Assembly (NCBI GenBank): GCA_036661755.1
Contig: JAVWYC010000001.1
Coordinates: 1 to 46,141, forward strand
Origin: Mucinivorans sp.
GTDB taxonomy: Bacteria; Bacteroidota; Bacteroidia; Bacteroidales; Rikenellaceae
DNA: 46,141 nucleotides
Direction: 5' to 3'
Shown: one piece after another, positions 1-9,536 of the stretch
How positions within the stretch are numbered: the stretch's first letter is position 1
Layout of the letters: every line of letters begins with the position of its first letter
The notes under the pieces: model-generated
Database searches by the model: none
What the model was told of the DNA's origin: nothing
Seen by the model: the letters and a program-made list of their open reading frames with translations, nothing else
Position numbers and translations under genes: made by a program

Positions 1-225
1 CGCGGTTGCCCACATTTCAATGTCTAAAATCGCATTCAATCGTCAGCGAGGGTTTGGGGCACGCCTGCCCCAAGATCGAGCGGTTGCACGCCGAGCGAGC
101 GGTTGCACTGCGAGCTAGTTTGCTAGCGTGTCCTCCCTTGAAATGCTGCATTTCGACACCGCCGGCAAGCACAAAATTCTCGGCTAAGCCTACGGAGAGC
201 AATTGATTTCGGGCAGCTCTACAAC
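1..225. repeat. Partial copy 1 of dispersed structured non-coding element (inverted relative to 7908-8106; truncated by window start)
   Basis: Reverse complement of 1-225 aligns to 7908-8106 with scattered substitutions, a 19-bp-period duplication (CGAGCGGTTGCAC at 77-89 and 96-108) and one short divergent patch. Confidence 0.92.
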
Positions 226-291
226 CAAAGATTACCGCTTGATCTCATTAACTCCGATTTGTATGAGAAATTTTGCATTGAGGCGGGATTG

Positions 292-1059
292 TTAGAAGTT
301 AAGCCAGCTCTTGAGCGAGGTGATTTTCTCTTTGCTTACCACCACATTGTCTTTGATGGCAGGTTTAAGGTGGATCATTATTTTCCCGTTGAAATAGGGT
401 TCTAGCCTGGTGATGGAGCTTATGCAGATGAGTATCTGACGGTTGGCTCTAAAAAATTGGTCAGGGTCTAATTGTTCGGTGAGTTTATCGAGCGAAAGGT
501 CAATGATATGTTCGCGCCCAAGGTGTGTTACGGCGAAGGTAATTCTGTTTTGGCTGTAAAAATAAGCTATGTCGACCACTTGTAGCGTTTGGAACTGCTC
601 TGTGCCTGCGATAAGGAAACGGGTGCGAAAGCGTTTCTCGCGACTTTGCAGGCTCTCTAGAACTGTGTCCAAGTAATCCGGGCGCTCTGTGTTGGCCGTT
701 AAGGTTTCATATTTGACGATGGCTTCCAGTAGTCGCTCGCTATCAACCGGTTTTAGAATATAATCAATGCTGTTGACGCTAAAGGCACGAATGGCATACT
801 CGTCGTAGGCTGTGGTAAAGATAATAGTTGAACTTGGATGTGCTTGGCTCAAAAAATCGAATGAGTTGCCATCAGAGAGTTGAATATCCAAAAATATTAT
901 ATCGGGATGGCGATTTGCGGCAAACCATTGCACAGCCTGTTCGACATTGCCTTCCAAAAGGGTGATCTCCCATTGGGGGCGCAGCCTATGGATCATAGTT
1001 GTCAACAAGCGGGCCGAGGGTATCTCGTCTTCGATGATTACGACTCTTAACTTATTCAT
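292..1059 (-). CDS. LytTR-family response regulator
   Basis: REC domain (IIEDE, FLDIQL, FTTAY, DYILKP) plus LytTR domain (FFRANRQ). Start moved to ATG at 1059 (MNKLRVV), overlapping the kinase stop. Confidence 0.93.
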   Translation of the reverse strand: MNKLRVVIIEDEIPSARLLTTMIHRLRPQWEITLLEGNVEQAVQWFAANRHPDIIFLDIQLSDGNSFDFLSQAHPSSTIIFTTAYDEYAIRAFSVNSIDYILKPVDSERLLEAIVKYETLTANTERPDYLDTVLESLQSREKRFRTRFLIAGTEQFQTLQVVDIAYFYSQNRITFAVTHLGREHIIDLSLDKLTEQLDPDQFFRANRQILICISSITRLEPYFNGKIMIHLKPAIKDNVVVSKEKITSLKSWLNF

Positions 1060-2080
1060 AACATAGTGGTATTTTAACAGTAAACATATCTTCGTTACAG
1101 AGAACCACAATATCGCGACTGAGGATTAATTTGCATCTTTTAGATAGATTTTTGAGCCCTATGCCTGGCGAATCTTGTACCTTTTTGGGGTTGACAGAGT
1201 TACTCACCACCAAATACTCTTTATTGGCCGATATATGGATATCCATTTTGTGGTTTACCGATATGGCGTTGTGTTTAATAACATTTTCTACAAGCAGTTG
1301 TAGTGTGAGCGGGGGCAGTAGGCTCTCGTTATAGTCTGCCGGAATATCCAGATTGCAGTGTATACAATCACCCAAGCGCACTTGATGCAGAAAGAGATAG
1401 GCACGTGTGAAATCGACCTCTTGGGCTAAGCTCACCAGTGGTTTGTCTTGACATTGAAGCACATAACGGTAGACCTCGGAAAGGTTACGGGTAAAGACAA
1501 TAGCGCTTTGTGGCTCATACTCAATTTCGGCAATTAGGGTATTGAGACTGTTGAACAGGAAATGAGGGTTGAGTTGAGCTTGCAGGGCGTTGTAGTTGGC
1601 TCGGTTGTTTTCTTGCTGCAATTCGGCGGCTTGATGTTGTAGTTGCAATGTGTTCTTCATTGATTGATAGGCGATCAACAGCCCAACAATCACCAGTTCC
1701 ACCAACCACACTACCACCAAAATACGTATACCTACATTGGGCAGGGTGAGGGGTGATGGAGCCCCCACAAGTAACTTGGCACACACCAGCAGGCTGTAAT
1801 TGAGCAACAGTAGAGCAAGGGCCACAGCTCCATAGATGGCTACTATTTTCCATCGTTGTGTTGCGTAGTGGTATTGGTTGTTAATCCATGAACTTAATCG
1901 TATGAGTGCATAACCAAGCACGTTGAAGGCGACTACAAAGAACACAACGGCGCCAACCGAAGAGAGCGATTCCATCATCTGATTGGTCATATTGGTGTAG
2001 TTGACCAACAACACATAGGAAAAGAGCCCCAATCCAGAGAACAGAGTGATGTGGATAAGGGGGCCTAATTTTATATTCAT
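1052..2080 (-). CDS. LytS/YehU-type membrane sensor histidine kinase
   Basis: About 4 N-terminal TM helices, H-box QLNPHFLFNSLN, N-box LLVENVIKHN, G-box GIGLKNL. Confidence 0.92.
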   Translation of the reverse strand: MNIKLGPLIHITLFSGLGLFSYVLLVNYTNMTNQMMESLSSVGAVVFFVVAFNVLGYALIRLSSWINNQYHYATQRWKIVAIYGAVALALLLLNYSLLVCAKLLVGAPSPLTLPNVGIRILVVVWLVELVIVGLLIAYQSMKNTLQLQHQAAELQQENNRANYNALQAQLNPHFLFNSLNTLIAEIEYEPQSAIVFTRNLSEVYRYVLQCQDKPLVSLAQEVDFTRAYLFLHQVRLGDCIHCNLDIPADYNESLLPPLTLQLLVENVIKHNAISVNHKMDIHISANKEYLVVSNSVNPKKVQDSPGIGLKNLSKRCKLILSRDIVVLCNEDMFTVKIPLCYE

Positions 2081-2105
2081 TTGTTTTCAGAAACTTGATA
2101 TACGA

Positions 2106-2113
2106 CAAAGTTA
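2106..2113 (-). promoter_or_regulatory. Bacteroidetes -7 promoter element (TAACTTTG) for the kinase/regulator pair
   Basis: Matches TAnnTTTG, 25 nt upstream of the kinase ATG. Confidence 0.55.
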
Positions 2114-2242
2114 CCGTTTTTTTTTGAGAGAAATTGTTTGAATTTTTTATTAGCCTCTTGTTTTTATCTGATTTTAGCCATAAGTCTACTACGGCCTTCC
2201 TTTGATCATATAAAGAAGCAACTCTCAAAAATAGCAGTTTCC

Positions 2243-3526
2243 TTAATAACCATTCACAGCTTTCAATAATTCAGAGTAGTGTGTTTGCACGGCAGCCTTG
2301 GCCTGAGCATAGTTCACCTGCGAATTTTGACGATATAGCTGTGCGTCGAGCACCTCCAACACCGACACTTGGCCATTGGTGTACCTTTCGAGGGCTTGTC
2401 GTTCATTTTCGCGAGCTTTACCGAGCGACAACTGAGCCAGTCGGGTGCGAGATGTGGCCTGAGAAAGTGCTGTGCGAGCTGTTTGGATCTCCAATAGAAC
2501 TTTATCTTCGACATTGGCCAAGTTATCTTTGGCCATATCTATCTGCTCTTTGGAGGCACGTTTTTCGCTATTTCGTCGCCCCCATTCAAAAATAGGAACC
2601 GACAATTTGGCGTACAGAGCATAGTTTGGATCCAGATTGGGGCTAAAATTATAGCCGGGGGCCGAGTAACTGCCTTGTGCCCCGACATAGAATTGAGGTT
2701 TGTATTTAGAATCATTTAATTTAAGCGAATGTTCAGATAGCTTAATCTTTTCTTGCGCCATTTGAATTTCGGCATGTGTGAATAGCGTGTCTTTGAAAAG
2801 GTGGTCGGGCACTGTTATCGTGGGCACACTAGTCTCTATTTCGGTTTCGCTATTCAGATCCACTCCGATCAGCGAATTTAGAGCCATTCGCCCGGTGGTG
2901 AAGTCCGCCTGAGCTTGGAGTAGTTGGTAGTCGGCATCATTGAGCTTCACCTGTGCCATGAGCAGCTCTTGTGGGTCGATGAGTCCATTTTCCACACGCT
3001 GCTCGATAGTTGTTACCAACGAGGCCACTGACTGGCGAAAGTCGCGGGCTATGGCCACCATTTCTGAGCGTGCCACGGTGTTCCAATATTGAATATCTGT
3101 CTGGAAACAGACCACCGAACGGACGAAATCGGCACTGGCCGATGCTAAGGATTGTTGTCCCTGAGCCATTCGTATGGATTCCAGTAACCGTCCACCGGTA
3201 TACACGGGTTGAAGTATGGTTAAGGCAGCTCCGTAATTGAAGTTTTGCCCCTTGAAAGAGAGATCACCCAGAGTGGGTAAATTAAGGTTTAGTTCCATGG
3301 GGTTGCCCGTGTATTGGAAGTTCACCTCCCCCGAGAGTTGTGGTTTGGTGTCGGCACGTGCCATCTTTTCGAGTTCCACACTACGGGTGATATTCTTTTG
3401 AGCCGCCTTTAAGTCATGGCTATAATCCACAGCCATAGTCCTATACTTTTGGAGTAGAGTGCTTTGAGCTTGTGCCGGAATAACAAGGCTCCACAAGGCG
3501 ATAAATATTAAAAATAGATGTTTCAT
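2243..3526 (-). CDS. TolC-family outer membrane efflux protein
   Basis: Signal peptide, OEP-type repeats (QPVYTGGR, VPIFEWG, YTNGQVSVLEVLDAQ); downstream of an RND pump. Confidence 0.9.
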   Translation of the reverse strand: MKHLFLIFIALWSLVIPAQAQSTLLQKYRTMAVDYSHDLKAAQKNITRSVELEKMARADTKPQLSGEVNFQYTGNPMELNLNLPTLGDLSFKGQNFNYGAALTILQPVYTGGRLLESIRMAQGQQSLASASADFVRSVVCFQTDIQYWNTVARSEMVAIARDFRQSVASLVTTIEQRVENGLIDPQELLMAQVKLNDADYQLLQAQADFTTGRMALNSLIGVDLNSETEIETSVPTITVPDHLFKDTLFTHAEIQMAQEKIKLSEHSLKLNDSKYKPQFYVGAQGSYSAPGYNFSPNLDPNYALYAKLSVPIFEWGRRNSEKRASKEQIDMAKDNLANVEDKVLLEIQTARTALSQATSRTRLAQLSLGKARENERQALERYTNGQVSVLEVLDAQLYRQNSQVNYAQAKAAVQTHYSELLKAVNGY

Positions 3527-3605
3527 TCTATGAATTTTTGCTTTAATTTACTTGGCGTAAAATAAATTGCTGTGATCTTTTGTATATTTAGATTTATGCT
3601 TTTTC

Positions 3606-3651
3606 GCCACACGATGAGTATCTATCACAGAGATAGATGCTCAAAAGTGGC
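3606..3651. other. Intergenic stem-loop between RND permease and TolC genes
   Basis: GCCAC..TGAGTATCTATC-acaga-GATAGATGCTCA..GTGGC inverted repeat. Confidence 0.5.
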
Positions 3652-3656
3652 AATAA

Positions 3657-6600
3657 TTACTCTGCCCTACGAACACGGTAAAAAACAACATAGAGGGCCG
3701 GTGTAACAAATAGGGTCAACATGGTGGCAAACGTCAAACCGAAGATGATAGTGGCAGCCATGCCGCCAAAGGCAACGTCAAAGAGCAGTGGCACCATTCC
3801 GAAGATGGTGGTGGTGGCGGCCATCAACACAGGGCGTGTACGCGAGACCGTGGCCTCGATAATGGCGGTGTAGGGTTCCACTCCACTTCGTTTTTGAATA
3901 TTGATTTCGTCGATGAGCACAATGACGTTTTTAATTATCATGCCCAGCAGGCCCAACCATCCGGCAATCGGAAAAAATCCAAATTCAAAGCCCGTGGTGA
4001 GCAAGCCTATGGCTACACCTATTATCGAAAGGGGCAACACCGAAAGTATGATGATAGGGTCGCGGAAATTTCCAAACAAAGCAACCAGCACCACTATGAG
4101 TAACAAGAAAGCCAATGGAAAAAACTTAGCCAACGCTTCGAGACCTTCACTCTGGTCCTTGTATTGTGAGTCCCAAAAGAAAGTATAGCCTTCCGGTAGG
4201 GTGATATTTTCAATCTGATCTCTGAGTTCGGTGTGAACCTCGCTCATGGTGTAGCCCTGTTTTACTCCGCACATGGCGGCCATAGACAGTTGGCGGTTGT
4301 AGGTTCTGATCTGCGGATATTCCCATGTGGTCTCTATTCGCTCAACCAATTGCGACAAGGGTGCCGATTTGTCGCCATTCCACACCTCGAAATCACCCAA
4401 AGCATTGGCGTCAGTTATGTCTTGTCCGTAGGATTTAAGCACCAGAGGAACCTGTTTCTCGTTGTCGCGATATATGCCCACCGGCATTCCGTCTGAAATA
4501 GATTTTACTGATTCCATCATCGAGGCCTTGGTTATGCCCAAGGCGCCGGCTTTGACAGGGTCATAGACCGGACGAATCATCATCGACATATTGCCCCACT
4601 CATTGCGAGCGTCGCACACCTTAGCATTCCCACGCATGATTTCAATGGCCACACCGGTAAGCGAATCCAAAACGGCTGCATCGGGGCCAAGAAAACGCGC
4701 CTCGATAAGGGCTTCCGTCAGTGGGCTAAGCTCGAATTTATTGACCTTGAGCAGCGGCTCCGGGTATTTCAAACGAATGGAATCCTGCAAAATAGCATGC
4801 AACTCGCGCGCTAGTTTCGAGTTCTTGCCCTTGACCAATATTTGGGCGTAGTTAGACTGCGGCCCAAAGGCTACATTCGAGAGGTAGTATCGCGGCGGAG
4901 TACGCCCCACATAGCTCGACACCATTTCGGTCTGGGGGTATTGCCCTATATATTCGGCTATTTCACTTATAATTTTGTCGCTTTTTTCGATACGAGTACC
5001 CTCGGGTAACCACATATCAACAGTGAAATATTGTTTGTCGAGCGATGGAACAAAGACCTTGGGGATAAACTTAAAACTCCAAGCCGAAACCACCAGCAGT
5101 AGCACCAAAATGCCAATTGTGGCATAGCGATGGGCAATAATAAAGCGCAACGAACGGCGAAATAGATTGAATATTCGACCTCCAAAGAGCTCTGTTTTTA
5201 GTTCGTCCGGCCGAGGGCGACGTACAAATTCTTGTACAAAAAATGGAGTTTGCACCATGGCAAACACCCAGCTGAACATCAACGAAACTCCAATAACAAC
5301 AACCAACGACGAGAGTAATTCGCCAGTGATATGAGGCGAAAAATAGATAGGCATAAAGGTGAGCACCGCGATAACAGTAGCCGCCAAAAGTGGCATGGCC
5401 GTCGACGAGCAGGCTCTCAGTATGGCCACTCTCTTTCGCATACCGCGCTGCATGTTGACCAACACCGAGTCCGAGACCACGATGGCATTGTCCACCAACA
5501 TTCCCATGGCGATAATAATGGCGGCCAGCGACATTCGTTGCAGGGCAATACCACTGGCAAACATCATTATCAGAGTGGCGAAGATAGAAAATATCAATCC
5601 ACTACCCACCAAAATCCCATTCTTGAAACCAATGAAAAATAGCAATATTGCCACCACGGTTATAACCGAGATAATCAGATTCAAAATAAAACCATCGTTG
5701 GCCACTGCCGATTCGTATCCTTGATCGTAGATCGGGCTGAGCTGGTAGCCCTGTTCCATGTTGTCTTGGAACCAATCAATCCTTTGCCCCACACTGCGAG
5801 CCATATCCACCACATTACCCGTCGAAACTGTCGATACGGCGATACCAACGGCAGCCTTGCCGTCCAAGCGCATCATACTGCTCATTGGGGTGCTATAACC
5901 TTCGCTCACCATGGCAATGTCCCTTAGGCGGAAGTGTTCGCCACTTTTTGATACAATCGTCAGGTTCTCAATGTCCTCCAAACTGTAAAAATTACCGGTC
6001 GATTCAATCCTAATTCGATTCTCGTCGGTCTCTATGCCACCAGCGTCCACCGCCCTGTTTTGAGCCTCAAAGGCTTGGGCTATGTCTCGGGTGGTGATGC
6101 CGCTACGCGCCATGACCGAGCTTTGAACCACAATGTCTATCACCGGAACTTGAACCCCATAAATCTCGACCTTGCCCACATCTTTGACTTTGAGTAGGTC
6201 GTTCTTTATCAACTTGGCTTGCTGCTCCAACTCGCGGTAACTATAACCATCGCCGGTGAGGCCATAGAAAACCCCCAGCACATCACCAAAGTCATCGTTA
6301 ACTATCGACACTCCGGCGCCGGAAGGGAGCTTGCTCTGCACATCACCTACCTTGCGACGAAGATTATCCCAGAGCTGCTGCATTTGGTCGGCGCGAATCT
6401 CTTTCTTTACGTAGACCGTGATTTTCGAGAGGCCGGCACGATTTTCGCTCTTCAAGTAATAGAGCTCACCCAGAGACTGAATAGCCTGTTCCAGCACATC
6501 GGTCACCTGAGTCTGCACCTCGCTTGGCGATGCTCCGGGATAGGGGGTTAACACCAGCGCCTGCTTGATTGTAAAGGGGGCATCTTCTAATTTGCCCATT

Positions 6601-6692
6601 TTGGCATAAGAGAAAATACCGCCCAATAATATCAATACTAATATAAGTATGGTGACCGGCTTATTTTGTAGGAAATATTTAATTGTTTTCAT
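3657..6692 (-). CDS. RND efflux transporter permease (AcrB/AcrD/AcrF family)
   Basis: 1011 aa; YPGASPSEV, GMLVDNAIVV, IKNVIVLID and SRTRPVLM motifs; 12-TM pattern with two large loops. Confidence 0.95.
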   Translation of the reverse strand: MKTIKYFLQNKPVTILILVLILLGGIFSYAKMGKLEDAPFTIKQALVLTPYPGASPSEVQTQVTDVLEQAIQSLGELYYLKSENRAGLSKITVYVKKEIRADQMQQLWDNLRRKVGDVQSKLPSGAGVSIVNDDFGDVLGVFYGLTGDGYSYRELEQQAKLIKNDLLKVKDVGKVEIYGVQVPVIDIVVQSSVMARSGITTRDIAQAFEAQNRAVDAGGIETDENRIRIESTGNFYSLEDIENLTIVSKSGEHFRLRDIAMVSEGYSTPMSSMMRLDGKAAVGIAVSTVSTGNVVDMARSVGQRIDWFQDNMEQGYQLSPIYDQGYESAVANDGFILNLIISVITVVAILLFFIGFKNGILVGSGLIFSIFATLIMMFASGIALQRMSLAAIIIAMGMLVDNAIVVSDSVLVNMQRGMRKRVAILRACSSTAMPLLAATVIAVLTFMPIYFSPHITGELLSSLVVVIGVSLMFSWVFAMVQTPFFVQEFVRRPRPDELKTELFGGRIFNLFRRSLRFIIAHRYATIGILVLLLVVSAWSFKFIPKVFVPSLDKQYFTVDMWLPEGTRIEKSDKIISEIAEYIGQYPQTEMVSSYVGRTPPRYYLSNVAFGPQSNYAQILVKGKNSKLARELHAILQDSIRLKYPEPLLKVNKFELSPLTEALIEARFLGPDAAVLDSLTGVAIEIMRGNAKVCDARNEWGNMSMMIRPVYDPVKAGALGITKASMMESVKSISDGMPVGIYRDNEKQVPLVLKSYGQDITDANALGDFEVWNGDKSAPLSQLVERIETTWEYPQIRTYNRQLSMAAMCGVKQGYTMSEVHTELRDQIENITLPEGYTFFWDSQYKDQSEGLEALAKFFPLAFLLLIVVLVALFGNFRDPIIILSVLPLSIIGVAIGLLTTGFEFGFFPIAGWLGLLGMIIKNVIVLIDEINIQKRSGVEPYTAIIEATVSRTRPVLMAATTTIFGMVPLLFDVAFGGMAATIIFGLTFATMLTLFVTPALYVVFYRVRRAE

Positions 6693-7728
6693 TCTCTACC
6701 TCCACTTCCATTAAGTTCGACAGAAATCTAAGGCCACTTGTGGCTACTATCTCGCCTTGGTTTATTCCATCTGCGATGGCCACCATGCCACCTTTTTGCA
6801 GCGGCCCCACAGTTACTTCTCGCGCCGAGACTTTATGGCTCACGCTATCCACCACCCACAGGTAATCCCCCTTGGTGGGGCGATGAGAGAGAGCTTTTTG
6901 CGGCACCACAACCATCGACGAAGAGGGAGAGTCGAGCTCAAAGAATATTTTACCCGACATACCGGACAATAATCGCCCATCATCGTTGGCAAGCATGGCC
7001 GTGAGTAGATACGAGAGATTATTGGTTGTTGTGCTTTTTGAAATTTGCTCAACCTTGGCCGTGTAAATTTTGTCGGTCTGGGCGTCAAAATATAGTTTCA
7101 CTTGGGGGATTTGAGCTGCATTAAAGGCTATATCCTGAGTAACGAAGGCCTCTATTTTTAATTGACTTATATCAACTAACGAAATCACAACTTCCGTAGC
7201 CTTTACATCTTGGTATTTTTCAATATACACCTCTCCTACGTAGCCGCTGAATGGGGCGATGAGTTTTGTGTCTTCAAGCTCATTGACAGCTGTTTGGAAA
7301 GCCATTTTAGAGGCCACGTGATCGGCCTTAGACTTTTCGTAGGTGCTGGCCGAAATATTATTACTCTTAAATAGGATCTCGATGCGTTCAGCCTCAGCTT
7401 TGGCTTGCAGATAGAGCGCCTCGGCTCGTTGACGGCGGATTTTGAAATCACGAGGGTCAATTTGGGCTATCACATCGCCTTTTTTGAAAAACTGGCCGGC
7501 ATAGACATCAAATTGGTCGATAGGCCCGCCCACACGAAACGATAGCTCGGAGGCACGATAGGGCTTGGCCATAAAAGAGAACTCTTTTCCGGAAGTTGAC
7601 TCTTGGAGCGTAGCCTTGGCCACGCTCACAATCAAGGGGTCACTTTGGTTTTTCTGTTGCGACTCTGCGCACGAGAGTCCCATCGTGGCAATTCCTAAAA
7701 ATAAAATGGATTTTACTCTGATTTTCAT
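6679..7728 (-). CDS. RND periplasmic adaptor (membrane fusion protein), lipoprotein
   Basis: Lipobox LSC, LSFRVGG..G lipoyl half, helical hairpin, LIAPFSG; overlaps the permease start. Confidence 0.92.
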   Translation of the reverse strand: MKIRVKSILFLGIATMGLSCAESQQKNQSDPLIVSVAKATLQESTSGKEFSFMAKPYRASELSFRVGGPIDQFDVYAGQFFKKGDVIAQIDPRDFKIRRQRAEALYLQAKAEAERIEILFKSNNISASTYEKSKADHVASKMAFQTAVNELEDTKLIAPFSGYVGEVYIEKYQDVKATEVVISLVDISQLKIEAFVTQDIAFNAAQIPQVKLYFDAQTDKIYTAKVEQISKSTTTNNLSYLLTAMLANDDGRLLSGMSGKIFFELDSPSSSMVVVPQKALSHRPTKGDYLWVVDSVSHKVSAREVTVGPLQKGGMVAIADGINQGEIVATSGLRFLSNLMEVEVENENN

Positions 7729-7752
7729 TGACTACTACTTTTAAAATTCGTT

Positions 7753-7827
7753 CAAAAGTAACGTAGCCATTCTGTTGGCTCCGATAGAATTTACCCAACC
7801 CGCAAATTTCAGTTCTCAGGCCGCAAA
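7753..7827 (-). promoter_or_regulatory. Promoter of RND operon (TACTTTTG at 7753-7760) with upstream direct repeat CCGCAAA (7800, 7821), candidate LytTR box
   Basis: TAnnTTTG match; 7-bp direct repeat with 21-bp period, similar to LytTR-site spacing (inference). Confidence 0.45.
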
Positions 7828-7907
7828 AATGCCAACCGAACACATCCCCCCTCCTCAAAAATTACGCATAAACACGTTCTCAGCCAAACATTGCAATGCG
7901 TATTTCC

Positions 7908-8375
7908 GTTGTCGAGCTGCCCGAAATCAATTGCTCTCCGTAGGTTTAGCCGGGAATTTTGTACTTGCTGGCGGTGTCGAAATGCAGCATTTCAAAGGAG
8001 GACACGCGAGCAAACCGCTCGCCGTGCAACCGCGCTATCTTGGGGCAGGCGTGCCCCAAACCCTCGCTGACAATTACCTTTAGGCATTGAAATGTGGGCA
8101 ACCGCGATCACCCTAGCTGTACAGCAAAGGCAAACCGCTCTCCGCGCAACCGCTCGCGTTCCGCCACAACCTCTCTACTTGGGGCTGCGCGCCCCAAACC
8201 CGCGGCCACGCGTGGCATTTGATTGCTGTGTCGAATCGTGACTTTTGAAAAAGTCACCCAAAACTTTTTGTGAAAAACTTCGTTTTTCTTAACTGCTCTT
8301 GAAAGCTTCGTTTTTCTTATTTGTTCTTGAAAACTTCGTTTTTCTTAACCAGCTCTTGAAGACTTCGCTTTTCTC
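7908..8375. repeat. Full copy 2 of dispersed ~470-bp structured non-coding element (putative non-autonomous mobile/REP-like element)
   Basis: Left part matches 1-225 and right part matches 46021-46141, both as reverse complement. Hairpins TTGGGGCA/TGCCCCAA (8040-8059), TTGGGGC/GCCCCAA (8179-8197), GCCACGCGTGGC (8205-8216), GTGACTTTT/AAAAGTCAC (8238-8257). Confidence 0.9.
8272..8375. repeat. 28-29-bp tandem repeat (~3.6 units, GAAAACTTCGTTTTTCTTAACTGCTCTT-like) within element copy 2
   Basis: CTTCG recurs at 8278, 8306, 8334 and 8363 (periods 28, 28, 29). Confidence 0.92.
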
Positions 8376-8414
8376 AATCAACGCTAACATAAGGCCGCAC
8401 GTCCCACTACCCCA

Positions 8415-9536
8415 CTATTGATTCTTCTTGTGGTAAGATATTATCGCCCAACCATTTATCACAACTGCAAAAATAGACAACACACCAATCTGTGACGCAA
8501 TATCACTGAGCGTGCTGCTCTTGAGGTAAACTCCACGCATGATCTCGATGAAATATTTCAATGGATTGAAAATAGTGATGTTTTGCGCCCAATGCGGCAT
8601 GCTCTCCACCGGAGTGAATAACCCACTCAACAAAATCAAAATAATCATGAAAAAAAACATCACAAACATAGCTTGCTGAAGTGTCGACGAATAATTGGAA
8701 ATCAATAAACCAGTACCCGAAACAATAAGTATAAAAAACAATGCACCTACGTAAATGGTAAGCAAACTTCCGTTTGGAATCAAATCATAAAGCACATAAG
8801 CTACACCAAAACAGATAGTTAGCACCACAAAACCAATGATCCAATATGGAATAATCTTAGAAAATATAAAGGCAAATTTTCCCACCGGCGTAACATTCAT
8901 CTGTTCGATAGTACCCGTTTCTTTTTCGCCAACAATGTTCACAGCAGGCAAAAACGCGCATATTATGGTGAGTAACATCACCATAAGCGCCGGCACCATG
9001 AAAAATTTATAGTTCAAATATGGATTGAAACGATACTGCGAGGTGACGGTAAGAGCAGGCTGCCGAGCGTCCTTCTGCCGTACGTTAGAGCCCTGACTTT
9101 CAGATAGTTCCTTAGCGTATGTTTGGACAATGGAGTTCAAATAATTGCTTCCCATGGCAGCCTTTGTCGCGTTCACGGCGTTGGCCGAAATATGTAGATC
9201 CACCGGGCGAGCGGTTGCCACATTACGCGCAAAATCGTTTGGAATTTCGAGCACCACGTCCACATCACCTCGTTCGATTGCCTGCATGGCTTGCTCGTAC
9301 GACGGCGGGTAAGAAATCATATTAAAATATTGCGATGCACTTATTTTGTTGATTAATTGGCTTGAAATCTGGCTATGATCGCTATCCACGACCGAAATAT
9401 TAATATTACTCACCTCTAAATTGGCAGCAAAAGGCAAAAGTGTCATCATAATCAAAGGCATAATGACGATCAATCGTGGCAAAAATTTATTGCGCATGAT
9501 GAGCAGAAACTCTTTTTGAATCAAAAATCGTATCAT
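8415..9536 (-). CDS. ABC-2 type exporter permease (YbhR-like)
   Basis: N-terminal TM, periplasmic domain, IVGEKETGTIEQMNVTP, LSGLFTPVESMP. Confidence 0.92.
   Translation of the reverse strand: MIRFLIQKEFLLIMRNKFLPRLIVIMPLIMMTLLPFAANLEVSNINISVVDSDHSQISSQLINKISASQYFNMISYPPSYEQAMQAIERGDVDVVLEIPNDFARNVATARPVDLHISANAVNATKAAMGSNYLNSIVQTYAKELSESQGSNVRQKDARQPALTVTSQYRFNPYLNYKFFMVPALMVMLLTIICAFLPAVNIVGEKETGTIEQMNVTPVGKFAFIFSKIIPYWIIGFVVLTICFGVAYVLYDLIPNGSLLTIYVGALFFILIVSGTGLLISNYSSTLQQAMFVMFFFMIILILLSGLFTPVESMPHWAQNITIFNPLKYFIEIMRGVYLKSSTLSDIASQIGVLSIFAVVINGWAIISYHKKNQ

Noticed and set aside
3657-6692. RND proton-relay motif reads DN rather than DD
   Set aside because: VDNAIV is a common variant in this RND subfamily and is not evidence of inactivity.
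7775-8083. ORFs 7775-8083(+), 17-202(-) and 6-206(+) overlapping the repeat; the first two share LSVGLA.NFVLAGGVEMQHFKGGHASK
   Set aside because: The similarity simply reflects the DNA repeat. Starts are TTG, frames diverge after indels between copies, and no domain is recognisable.
8272-8375. 28-29-bp repeats (also 46021-46141) as a CRISPR array
   Set aside because: Units are head-to-tail with no unique spacers, and no cas genes are in the window.
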